This document shows, piece by piece, positions 31,255 to 39,542 of a stretch of DNA of 64,000 nucleotides. Source of the stretch: a virus (taxonomy: Duplodnaviria > Caudoviricetes); the IMG/VR virus record IMGVR_UViG_3300031993_000017. One strand, 5' to 3'. The notes under the pieces were generated by a model. It was given only the letters and a program-made list of their open reading frames with translations, was not told the DNA's origin and did no database searches. Within the stretch, counting starts at the first letter, position 1. Each line of letters starts with the position of its first letter. The position numbers and the translations under genes were made by a program.

Positions 31255-31641
31255 TCAAACACCTCCAAATTCAAATGTTCCATCACTGTATGTTATAAGT
31301 CTGTCACCATCTAAGTTGTAAACATTTGTTCCGTTCTTTGCGTTCCAGATGACATCATCAGGTTTTATGTCCCAAAACTGCCAAAGAGGTTCTTCTGTTA
31401 CAGCATCGAAGATTTCTGTGAAAGTTTCATCCATGTTGATGTCCAAGTCATCTTCGTTTACATATTTCTTCAAGAATTTCTGTGCTTTCAATAATTCAAA
31501 CAGATCTATTGAATCATAATTATTAGGCACTTCAAAAATATCACCCTTTACAATGTCGTTGATCTCAAATCCGTCTTCTGTATTACCAGAAGCATCTAAT
31601 TTATAGATCTGTACAAATGTACCTGTAAGTTTATCTGCCAT
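31255..31641 (-). CDS. acidic hypothetical protein
   Basis: D..GN.EDGFE.ND motif; GGAGG SD. Confidence 0.6.
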   Translation of the reverse strand: MADKLTGTFVQIYKLDASGNTEDGFEINDIVKGDIFEVPNNYDSIDLFELLKAQKFLKKYVNEDDLDINMDETFTEIFDAVTEEPLWQFWDIKPDDVIWNAKNGTNVYNLDGDRLITYSDGTFEFGGV

Positions 31642-31665
31642 GTAATCCTCCATTTATATAAGATA

Positions 31666-32442
31666 CTACCTACCAATAAGTGTATAGACATAAATGTTAC
31701 AGTTTGGATTTAATTCATTTATCTGTCTTATAATTTCATACAAAGTAGAACCAGATGTGTTTATATCATCTACAACAAGAATGTTTGTTCCATGTTGTAA
31801 TTTTTGTATTTTAGCTAGATCAGAATCCTTGAATTGAATAAAATTTCGAATATATGGTCTGTACTTAGGTTTCACATTTTTTGCAAGTGAGAAATAATCA
31901 AGATTATGAATCTTTGGCATCAGAACCTTGTTTATATACTTCTTTGTTTCTCTATAAACATTTATATCCGAACCATAATCTGATTCAAACAAATCCCAGT
32001 CAAAATAAATATCAGTTGGAATAGACTTCACAAGTTGAAAACTGCATCTAGTCATATCTCGGCTTGTCATTCTATTTATAACTTGAATCATCTTTTCAAC
32101 AAGTTTACTTCTCCCTGACAGTGGATATGCAAATGCATCAATATGATATGTGTTTATTGATTCATTTAACAATGACAAAGGTATTGATAAAAATCTTTCA
32201 AACTCAGATTCAGATAACCTTGCATCAGACAATCCCTTTATTGTATTGATAAAATTTGTCTTATCCTTAGAACTCACGTTAGAATTAAATTCATACCCAA
32301 ACCAGTAAACATTGTTTGCAATATCTGATTGATATATCTGCGGTGTAACAAACTGAATTAAATCCTCAGGCAAATTGTTCGAATAATCCATGTAATAGGA
32401 GTTGTCATTCGGTCTAACACCACAATGAATATATCGTTTCAT
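31666..32442 (-). CDS. KRY-tag type I phosphoribosyltransferase-fold protein
   Basis: MKRYIHCG start at 32442; PRPP-binding loop ILVVDDINTSGSTL. Confidence 0.75.
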   Translation of the reverse strand: MKRYIHCGVRPNDNSYYMDYSNNLPEDLIQFVTPQIYQSDIANNVYWFGYEFNSNVSSKDKTNFINTIKGLSDARLSESEFERFLSIPLSLLNESINTYHIDAFAYPLSGRSKLVEKMIQVINRMTSRDMTRCSFQLVKSIPTDIYFDWDLFESDYGSDINVYRETKKYINKVLMPKIHNLDYFSLAKNVKPKYRPYIRNFIQFKDSDLAKIQKLQHGTNILVVDDINTSGSTLYEIIRQINELNPNCNIYVYTLIGR

Positions 32443-32533
32443 AAAAACACCACTTTCTACAGGCTTTAAAAACACTGTTACAAGAATACGATCAGCTTAA
32501 GTTTCATCGTATTCCCAATCATCATACTAAAAT

Positions 32534-33970
32534 CGTTCAAATTCTACTGAAATTATAGTAAAATTCTAATAAATTTTATTTATAAGAAGTTTGCTTTCAT
32601 TGCGAAAGCCTTATTCTTAAAGGCGTAATGACTTCGCCTCTACACTGTTCCAAATGTTGTATTTGGTTCAGCTTACTTTTTCTCATTATATTGAGAGCTC
32701 CGTTGACATCTGCGTTTAGTACTTGACCATTCGATCTTTGATAGAGACCGCGATAAATTCTTTTTCCTGTGAAGCTACCTTGATGCGGGTTTTGTGGATT
32801 CCAAATTGGTATCTTGTCACTGTCGAAAAAGCTTGCCTTTGAAGTGTAACTTTCTTCTTGTTCAATGTAGTTAATACCGAATCGATTACACAAGAATTTC
32901 AATCGATTTTTGAATTTGCCGTAAGGAATCATGACGAAGTTTTGATTATTGACTTTACCTAGATTAGGATTTTCTTGAAATCCATCATTGAACCCTACTA
33001 CAATGTTTCCTATCTTATGTGTTAGGCAATAGTCAACAATGTACTTTGCAGAACAATAGACAAAATCTTGGATGCGACGATTTCGCTTTTCAGTAGTTGC
33101 AGACATTCGAGATGTATCACATTTAATCCCTTGCTTGGCTTTCACGCTTGATAGTCTGGCACGCTGTTTGTTGTACCATTGGTTTTGTGATTTTAATTTT
33201 CTACCGTCAATTATGAATGCTTCTCCAGTTGAGGTTGCACAAGTTGCAAAATTATTGATACCAAGATCGATACTCAAAGCTTTATTCAGATCAAGATCTT
33301 GAATCTCGTCATACTCTACGTCGAACAAATATCTTGCTTCAAACCACTTGCCACCTTGCCTAGGAACAATGTGAATTTGATGAACTTTCTTATCTCTAAG
33401 TTGAGGTGGAAAATGCAACTTGATTCTTGTGTCAGTTTGTTTCTTCATTAAAGGCGACATCGGAATAATCATTGTACCATCTTCCTTCATAAATGATTCC
33501 GGAAGGTGTATAGGATACAATCCATCTTTCGGCAAGTAATAGGGCATATTGACTGCATCTTTTGAATACTGCTTCTTTTGAACTAGTTTAAGCAATGCGA
33601 AAAATGAACGAAAAGCTGCATCAACGCATTTCATAGTTTGTTGAGCGATGTTAGCTCCGAGCAACTTATAATTCTCACTCGTTTTTTCAATCGGGTAGGT
33701 GGCTTCATATCGTAAGAAAGACCCTTCACTGAAGTAGTGCTGACGAATGTTGTACAGAGATTCGTTATACACATTTTTGCTTAGACGACACATTTCTTTC
33801 AACAGCATATACTCATCTTTGGATAAGTGTTTTAAGTTTTGTTTCCAAGTTACTAGCATGTTTTCACCTCCTTTCTTTTGCTGTTCATATTAAAGGTTAG
33901 GAATTACAATCAAATCGGCTGAATTGATTGTAAAATTAAATTTTAATAGAATTTCAATATAGTTTACACG
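32534..33970 (-). mobile_element. non-autonomous tnpB-only element with IS607-like ends
   Basis: imperfect AT-rich inverted termini, each bounded by a CG dinucleotide (32534-32535, 33969-33970); no transposase. Confidence 0.6.
32597..33859 (-). CDS. tnpB: TnpB RNA-guided nuclease
   Basis: SIDLGINN, EESYTSKAS, NADVNGALNI. Confidence 0.9.
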   Translation of the reverse strand: MLVTWKQNLKHLSKDEYMLLKEMCRLSKNVYNESLYNIRQHYFSEGSFLRYEATYPIEKTSENYKLLGANIAQQTMKCVDAAFRSFFALLKLVQKKQYSKDAVNMPYYLPKDGLYPIHLPESFMKEDGTMIIPMSPLMKKQTDTRIKLHFPPQLRDKKVHQIHIVPRQGGKWFEARYLFDVEYDEIQDLDLNKALSIDLGINNFATCATSTGEAFIIDGRKLKSQNQWYNKQRARLSSVKAKQGIKCDTSRMSATTEKRNRRIQDFVYCSAKYIVDYCLTHKIGNIVVGFNDGFQENPNLGKVNNQNFVMIPYGKFKNRLKFLCNRFGINYIEQEESYTSKASFFDSDKIPIWNPQNPHQGSFTGKRIYRGLYQRSNGQVLNADVNGALNIMRKSKLNQIQHLEQCRGEVITPLRIRLSQ

Positions 33971-34185
33971 ATGCTGCTGTAGTTTAGTATAGCATGTTCT
34001 ACAGCATCAATGTTGTAGTAATCTGTATTCTTTAAATCCTTCATGTAATCTCGAAGCTCAGACCAACTTCCTGTGAATTCTTCGGATACTGTATGTCTTC
34101 CAAAGTCATCATCGTAGTCCATGTAGATGGTCCAAGTTGTCGAGGCTTTAACTGGTTGTATAGAACACTTAACAAGTCTTTTCAT
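33964..34185 (-). CDS. KRY-like-tag protein (MKRLVKCS-IQPVKAS), C-terminus cut by the element
   Basis: ATG 34185 after AAAGGA; stop lies inside the element end. Confidence 0.6.
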   Translation of the reverse strand: MKRLVKCSIQPVKASTTWTIYMDYDDDFGRHTVSEEFTGSWSELRDYMKDLKNTDYYNIDAVEHAILNYSSIV

Positions 34186-34238
34186 TGTGAATTTCAATCC
34201 TTTCTGTTAGTTAATGGCGTATCTACTGCCCAATACAT

Positions 34239-34577
34239 TTAAGGTTTCAATTGATTCAAATAAGACGATATAACGATAATTGTACTACTTGTGTTTGTGT
34301 TCTTTTTGATAAACTCAACAAAAATTAAATCAAGCAATTTGTCCTTATCATAGTAGATAGGATGCGCATGTTGTTTATCATCATATCTGTAAAACAGATA
34401 CTCAGATTGCATTTCAACGCAAGTTAGTTTGCAATATTCACATGATTTTTCTAATATAAGTTTACATAACTCAGTAGCGGTTCCATTGAATGTTTCTGTT
34501 TTCTGTTTTGCACTACATCTAGTGGAATTTTTCTTAGAAGATCCATAAGGTGTATCGGATACATTTATAGACGCCAT
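34239..34577 (-). CDS. hypothetical protein
   Basis: ORF with GAGGGGG SD. Confidence 0.5.
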   Translation of the reverse strand: MASINVSDTPYGSSKKNSTRCSAKQKTETFNGTATELCKLILEKSCEYCKLTCVEMQSEYLFYRYDDKQHAHPIYYDKDKLLDLIFVEFIKKNTNTSSTIIVISSYLNQLKP

Positions 34578-34617
34578 CAGGTCCCCCTCACAGAATTTTT
34601 ATGAGCATAGATCATCA

Positions 34618-35085
34618 TTATCCCAATGTTCGTTTCCTCTTAACATATTGTATATGTCGTTCTTTTTCAAAATTTGCATATGCTTCAATGACTTTGCGAA
34701 TTTTAGATTCATCAAAATCAATTTCTACAAGAACTCTTTTACGACTAAGATTTGGATCGTAGACAGTATGACACTTGTAAAATTGCTTACTTAACCTGCT
34801 AACTGTAGTTGCAGTTAATCGGAACTTGTGGCCGTCATTAAAATGATTTTCTAATTCTGTGACACATTCGCTCCAGATGCGATCAAAATAGTTAGTCTTA
34901 AAGTAGTCTTTAAACGCGAATCCTACAGATCCAGGCAATGATTCATAATCATATCTACCATCTACCAATTCAAACATGGAATATCCATGTGCAACAGCAT
35001 ACTCCAGATCTTTGTATACATTCTTGCGTTGCTCTGATAGATCTCGTTTTTCAAATCTAGGAATGTGGTCAACCTCAATGATCAT
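34618..35085 (-). CDS. hypothetical protein
   Basis: ORF with GAGGAG SD. Confidence 0.65.
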   Translation of the reverse strand: MIIEVDHIPRFEKRDLSEQRKNVYKDLEYAVAHGYSMFELVDGRYDYESLPGSVGFAFKDYFKTNYFDRIWSECVTELENHFNDGHKFRLTATTVSRLSKQFYKCHTVYDPNLSRKRVLVEIDFDESKIRKVIEAYANFEKERHIQYVKRKRTLG

Positions 35086-35356
35086 GTGTAAGTTCTCCTC
35101 TCTAACAACTCACAATTCCGTTTTATTTCTCTTGCCACTTCGATCAGCTCTTATTCGATCACTCATCCTCGCAATCCTCTGAGTCCTCGTCCTCTTCTTC
35201 ATCCTCAACAAGTCCCAACCTATACCGTGCAAACTCTGCCCGAATATCGTCTAGTTCATACTCCATAGCATATTCGTCATCTGAAATCATACCGTACTTC
35301 CACTCTTTGTAACTCATCTAGCTACCTCCTTATAATAATAGACCTGTGTATGTGAG

Positions 35357-36511
35357 TCATGAAGCGTATTCAAATTTGCATCTGGTGAGCTCTGTCTGCT
35401 TGATGCCTCTGTACTCTTCATGAGATTTAATAGTTCCAGCTATCTTAGCAAGCACTTTATCTGTGTCAATGTACTTAGAAGTTCTCCAGATGAATACATT
35501 ACCACAACTGTCGAGGATCTGAAAGATGTAGGTTAAACCGTATACTGTTTCATAAGAGGTTACAAGACGAACGGACTGAAGGTCTGTTAATGTAACTTTA
35601 TCACCTACGGTTCCGTAGTATTCAGAAGAACCTAAATTCTGCTTCCGCTCATCTTCCTGCTTCTTGTATCTCAAATAGGAAGGAACTGCGGAAACGATGT
35701 ATCCGATATCTCTCCAAGACGCGTATTCATTAGAGAGAAGAGTTCTAACATTCAGCACGTATTCAGAAGAAGAGTCGGAACTATTCTGGAAATACTCGAG
35801 AACAGAAGATGTAAGATCTTTCGCATAATCGCTTTCACAATCAATGCTCTTATCCTTTTCAGATACTACCTGGTTGGTGAGATATCCAACAACCCGATCC
35901 TTAGTAGAGGGTTCACATTCGTCATTGACGGTCTTAACATATCCATGAAGCTTGATGATCTCACAAGCAACTCTGAGGATTTCTTCTACAGCTTCATATC
36001 TGTTACAGTTAGACAAAGAACATAACGGCTCAGAATAGGTTTCACACTCGGAAATGAATGTGCAGATATAAGTGATAAGTTCTGCGTCTAATCCGCCTGT
36101 GAAGTCTTTGAGGCAGTTCTTACCTACTTGCTTGAATTCGCCTGTATCGGTGTTGCGAACTAAGTAAGTATCTTTTCTGTATCTAAGAGTGTTGCAATGC
36201 TCACATGTGCAGGGAGCAGTATAGAATCTTTCAGGAACTTCATAAGAAGTTGTGTTACGGATCACATTTCCTGCTTCGGTGTGCTCGATGGTTCCTACGA
36301 ACTCCCACCCATTTATCCTTGCGTAACCCTCAGCTTCGACTTCTTTGCACTTGAGAGTAACTGTTACTCCATCAATAGTAAAATCCTGGTAGACATCGCC
36401 AAGCACAACGAATTTGAAAGGGTTGCCGTATTTAGCACTCTTGTTTCTGATAGTTACGATTTTAGCAGCTAACTTTGCTAAGTTCTCTTCGGGAATGATG
36501 TATCTTGACAT
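35357..36511 (-). CDS. conserved large-phage early protein (CxxC/C zinc site, C-terminal OB-like domain)
   Basis: GW.FV..IEH, CEHC...R.RK..Y, QVG..CLKDF, K.H.EYRG.KQT.LTR. Confidence 0.7.
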   Translation of the reverse strand: MSRYIIPEENLAKLAAKIVTIRNKSAKYGNPFKFVVLGDVYQDFTIDGVTVTLKCKEVEAEGYARINGWEFVGTIEHTEAGNVIRNTTSYEVPERFYTAPCTCEHCNTLRYRKDTYLVRNTDTGEFKQVGKNCLKDFTGGLDAELITYICTFISECETYSEPLCSLSNCNRYEAVEEILRVACEIIKLHGYVKTVNDECEPSTKDRVVGYLTNQVVSEKDKSIDCESDYAKDLTSSVLEYFQNSSDSSSEYVLNVRTLLSNEYASWRDIGYIVSAVPSYLRYKKQEDERKQNLGSSEYYGTVGDKVTLTDLQSVRLVTSYETVYGLTYIFQILDSCGNVFIWRTSKYIDTDKVLAKIAGTIKSHEEYRGIKQTELTRCKFEYAS

Positions 36512-36572
36512 ATGGTTTTCCTCCTTCTCTTGAAGCATTGAAAAAATTCACCCTATGTGTTCCTACAGTTTA

Positions 36573-36601
36573 ATTATATGATAATTGTAGAAAAAAGTCA
36601 A
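36573..36601 (-). promoter_or_regulatory. sigmaA-type (early) promoter
   Basis: TTGACT-17bp-TATAAT. Confidence 0.8.
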
Positions 36602-36668
36602 TACCTAAATTAAAAAATACTTAACAAAAAAGACATTGTAGAGATTCTACAATGTCTTAGTTGATTGA

Positions 36669-37208
36669 TCAAACTACCTGAAAGAATCTATTTGCACTTC
36701 CAAGGTTGCTGAAATATATTCTCCCGCAGCATTCCACGCCGTCTGATACGTTCTGGATACTTTCAACTAAACATCTACTCTCTCCTGGGTGGTGAGTAGT
36801 TACTTTAACCTCATACACTTTATCGTGTTCAAATCCGCATGAAGTTCTACCAATATATCTAGCATTGACATATTCTTCAGATGATAATGAAACTGCATCA
36901 GACTTAGAAGTTGTTACAAGTGGTACATCTGCAACTATATCTTCTGAAGAATCAGATGCCGGATCATTTGTATCGTACGAGAACTCTGATACAGAGGCTT
37001 CATAACTTGTTCTAGGCTTGTTACCGTTCTTTCTGAATTCACTACTACAACTTCTACAGCAGAACGGAGTAGGATCAGATAAGTACTTGATCAAGATAGG
37101 CTTCCCACAGTTGGGACATCCTCTGTAGTGTTCTCTGCTACAGTACTTAACTCTGTTAGAACTAGCTTCAAATTCTTTTCCACATTCAGCGCAAATTTTA
37201 GTAATCAT
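36669..37208 (-). CDS. Cys-rich zinc-finger protein
   Basis: CAECGKEF...YCS...CPNCGK...FCCRSC. Confidence 0.6.
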   Translation of the reverse strand: MITKICAECGKEFEASSNRVKYCSREHYRGCPNCGKPILIKYLSDPTPFCCRSCSSEFRKNGNKPRTSYEASVSEFSYDTNDPASDSSEDIVADVPLVTTSKSDAVSLSSEEYVNARYIGRTSCGFEHDKVYEVKVTTHHPGESRCLVESIQNVSDGVECCGRIYFSNLGSANRFFQVV

Positions 37209-37279
37209 AAACTTGTCTCCTTCTCTTGAAGTATTGATGCCACCGCTATCCGCGGACACTGTATATGTGTTACAATTAT

Positions 37280-37308
37280 ATTATATGATGAAACTACAAA
37301 AAAGTCAA
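37280..37308 (-). promoter_or_regulatory. sigmaA-type (early) promoter
   Basis: TTGACT-17bp-TATAAT. Confidence 0.8.
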
Positions 37309-37354
37309 TACCCAAATTTTAATTGTTGAGTAAACTTGGTTATGTATCACCTAA

Positions 37355-37807
37355 TCATCGCTGTCCTGTAGAACCAAATCCACCGTCACCACGTACTGTA
37401 TCTTCAAGTTCATTCACTTCCATAAATTCAACATCGTGAACTGGCACAAACATGATCTGCGCAATCCGATCTCCGTCATGAACAGTCCTTGTTACCATTC
37501 CTTCATTGAAAAGATCCACAATCACTTCTCCGGTGTAATCTGAATCAATTACACCTACAGAATTACTTGGCGATAATTTGTACTTACTTGCCATTCCACT
37601 TCTAGCATAAACCAACCCACACCAACCTGGTTCGATCTTGAATGCAAGTCCTATCCCAATTTTCACAGATTGATTTGGACAAATAGTAACGCTTTCTAAT
37701 CCGTCTAAGCAAGCGTAGACATCATAACAGGCAGATTCAGGTGTTGCTTTAAACAGCATCTTTGAATTTTCTCTGAGTTTCTTTACTTTTACAATACAAT
37801 CAGGCAT
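37355..37807 (-). CDS. dut: trimeric dUTPase
   Basis: SACYD, ARSG, GVIDSDYTGE, GDRIAQ, RGDGGFGSTG. Confidence 0.95.
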   Translation of the reverse strand: MPDCIVKVKKLRENSKMLFKATPESACYDVYACLDGLESVTICPNQSVKIGIGLAFKIEPGWCGLVYARSGMASKYKLSPSNSVGVIDSDYTGEVIVDLFNEGMVTRTVHDGDRIAQIMFVPVHDVEFMEVNELEDTVRGDGGFGSTGQR

Positions 37808-37829
37808 CTGATAATCTCCAATCATATAT

Positions 37830-38048
37830 CTATTTCAAATTTTTCAGTACTTCGGATTCAGGTACATTTTCTATTGCACTTACATAATACACATAATCTT
37901 CTATTTGTTCATCAGAAAATCCGATCAGCTTCAAATCGGAAATATTGGCACCAGAGCAAACTAACATATCAATGACCTCTTCCACTGCTTCGCCATCGTC
38001 TATGATCGCATTACATAAATTATTCAAAATTGATAAAATTTTCTCCAT
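37830..38048 (-). CDS. hypothetical protein
   Basis: ORF with GAGGTG SD. Confidence 0.6.
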   Translation of the reverse strand: MEKILSILNNLCNAIIDDGEAVEEVIDMLVCSGANISDLKLIGFSDEQIEDYVYYVSAIENVPESEVLKNLK

Positions 38049-38057
38049 ATCAACACC

Positions 38058-38411
38058 TCATTTCAACTTGCGTAACTGTGTTAATGCTTCCTTATCACTT
38101 ATTTCACCATTCCATTGACGTAGCAGTACATCCTTATTTAACTTGATCCACTTTATTATTTCATTTTCATGTTTCACTTTTGCACGAACTAATAACCTAG
38201 GTTCGTCTTCTACAGAAAATGGAACTTTATTTCCATCCACATCTGCTTTAACTCTTGGAAGATTATGTGCAACCTTCCTAGTATTTGCCGCACGATCAAT
38301 CCATACATCATAGGGAATGTTAAATTCACTTTTAGTAGCAACTGCCATACAATAGATTCTAACTGAATGTTTACTGTTAATATCTTTTGAGCTATGTATG
38401 TATCTTTTCAC
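38058..38411 (-). CDS. KRY-tag protein, DUF4160-like
   Basis: GTG start (KRYIHSS) after GGAGGTG; H..PRVK...I..WI..N...L...WN. Confidence 0.6.
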   Translation of the reverse strand: MKRYIHSSKDINSKHSVRIYCMAVATKSEFNIPYDVWIDRAANTRKVAHNLPRVKADVDGNKVPFSVEDEPRLLVRAKVKHENEIIKWIKLNKDVLLRQWNGEISDKEALTQLRKLK

Positions 38412-38509
38412 ATTATCACCTCCAATACTTTTCATGTTACATAACGATTCAAAAAATCAACATAGTCAAATCAATAGAAATGACTATGTTGACTTACATG
38501 ATAACTTAG

Positions 38510-38728
38510 TTAAAACATCACAGCATCAGATTCTTCTGAATCACGATACATAAGCATTTCTTCAACAATTGCTTCAATATCGCCTTGGAACATATCTTCT
38601 ACATAATCTTGAAACATATCTTCAAGTTCATAAGTAGTATTACCAGAAAATACTTCCAATAATGCTTCTAAAAAATCTTTGTATGATGTTATTTTATATT
38701 CTTTTGAAGCTGTTTTTAAGTAGTACAT
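38510..38728 (-). CDS. acidic hypothetical protein
   Basis: ORF after a GAATCGTTAT motif. Confidence 0.55.
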   Translation of the reverse strand: MYYLKTASKEYKITSYKDFLEALLEVFSGNTTYELEDMFQDYVEDMFQGDIEAIVEEMLMYRDSEESDAVMF

Positions 38729-38841
38729 CTGTAACCGCCTTTCACACTTTCTACTGTATATAACGATTCAACTTATCCAAATTAGGTTGCCACAGCAGAT
38801 ATAATTGCTGATAACACAACTTCGTTCATTCGATCACACCA

Positions 38842-39522
38842 TTATATCGTCCTAATCTTAAGGGATTCAATAGTCATATTATAAAAACTATTGTTTCCAG
38901 GACCGCCAATCTTAAAGTTAATGATTCCGTCCATAGGGAATGCACTTGTTGGTTCAAACAATAATACATCATCTTTATAAATCTTCCATAGCCTATCTGC
39001 ACCAATTACGATTTTTATGGTACTGTTTGCAAAATAATTCGAATCGGAAATATTGGTATCTCTCCAACCATTCACAGAATCCCATACACCCCATTTGCTA
39101 GTTGCAGTATGATATGCAAATCCGTGTGTACTACTATTTGTAGAAATATTGTAACCGAACACTGCACCATTATTAAATGATTGTGCATTCATCGCTCCAA
39201 CTTCTATCTCATAGGTTTTCAAAACACCTAAAAGAACACTAGGAAGATTTATCATATCACCCGGACCAGTATAATGCACACCACTAGAATCACGTGTTGC
39301 AGATGTCAATGTTGCAGTGAATCCATTTACAGAACCTACAAGACTTTGAGTAAAATCAAATCTTTCAACATATCCACCACCGCCGGATATCTGAGATACC
39401 TTAGTCGCATAAGTATTGAATGGGTCGCTATCAGATACAGAAACCCCCTGTGCGATTATTGCTGATTTCAAATCTGCTTTAATTTGTGCTAATTCTGCTA
39501 ATTGTTGTGCTATTGTAGCCAT
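38842..39522 (-). CDS. tail-fibre-associated protein (coiled coil + lectin/LamG-like domain)
   Basis: N-terminal L..IK..LK.AI...GV......Y..K.; beta-rich C-terminal domain. Confidence 0.6.
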   Translation of the reverse strand: MATIAQQLAELAQIKADLKSAIIAQGVSVSDSDPFNTYATKVSQISGGGGYVERFDFTQSLVGSVNGFTATLTSATRDSSGVHYTGPGDMINLPSVLLGVLKTYEIEVGAMNAQSFNNGAVFGYNISTNSSTHGFAYHTATSKWGVWDSVNGWRDTNISDSNYFANSTIKIVIGADRLWKIYKDDVLLFEPTSAFPMDGIINFKIGGPGNNSFYNMTIESLKIRTI

Positions 39523-39542
39523 TATAAAATCACCTCATAATA

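Noticed and set aside
32534-33970. IStron (group I intron-IS hybrid)
   Set aside because: Only ~110 nt lies between the left end and tnpB, leaving no room for an intron core.
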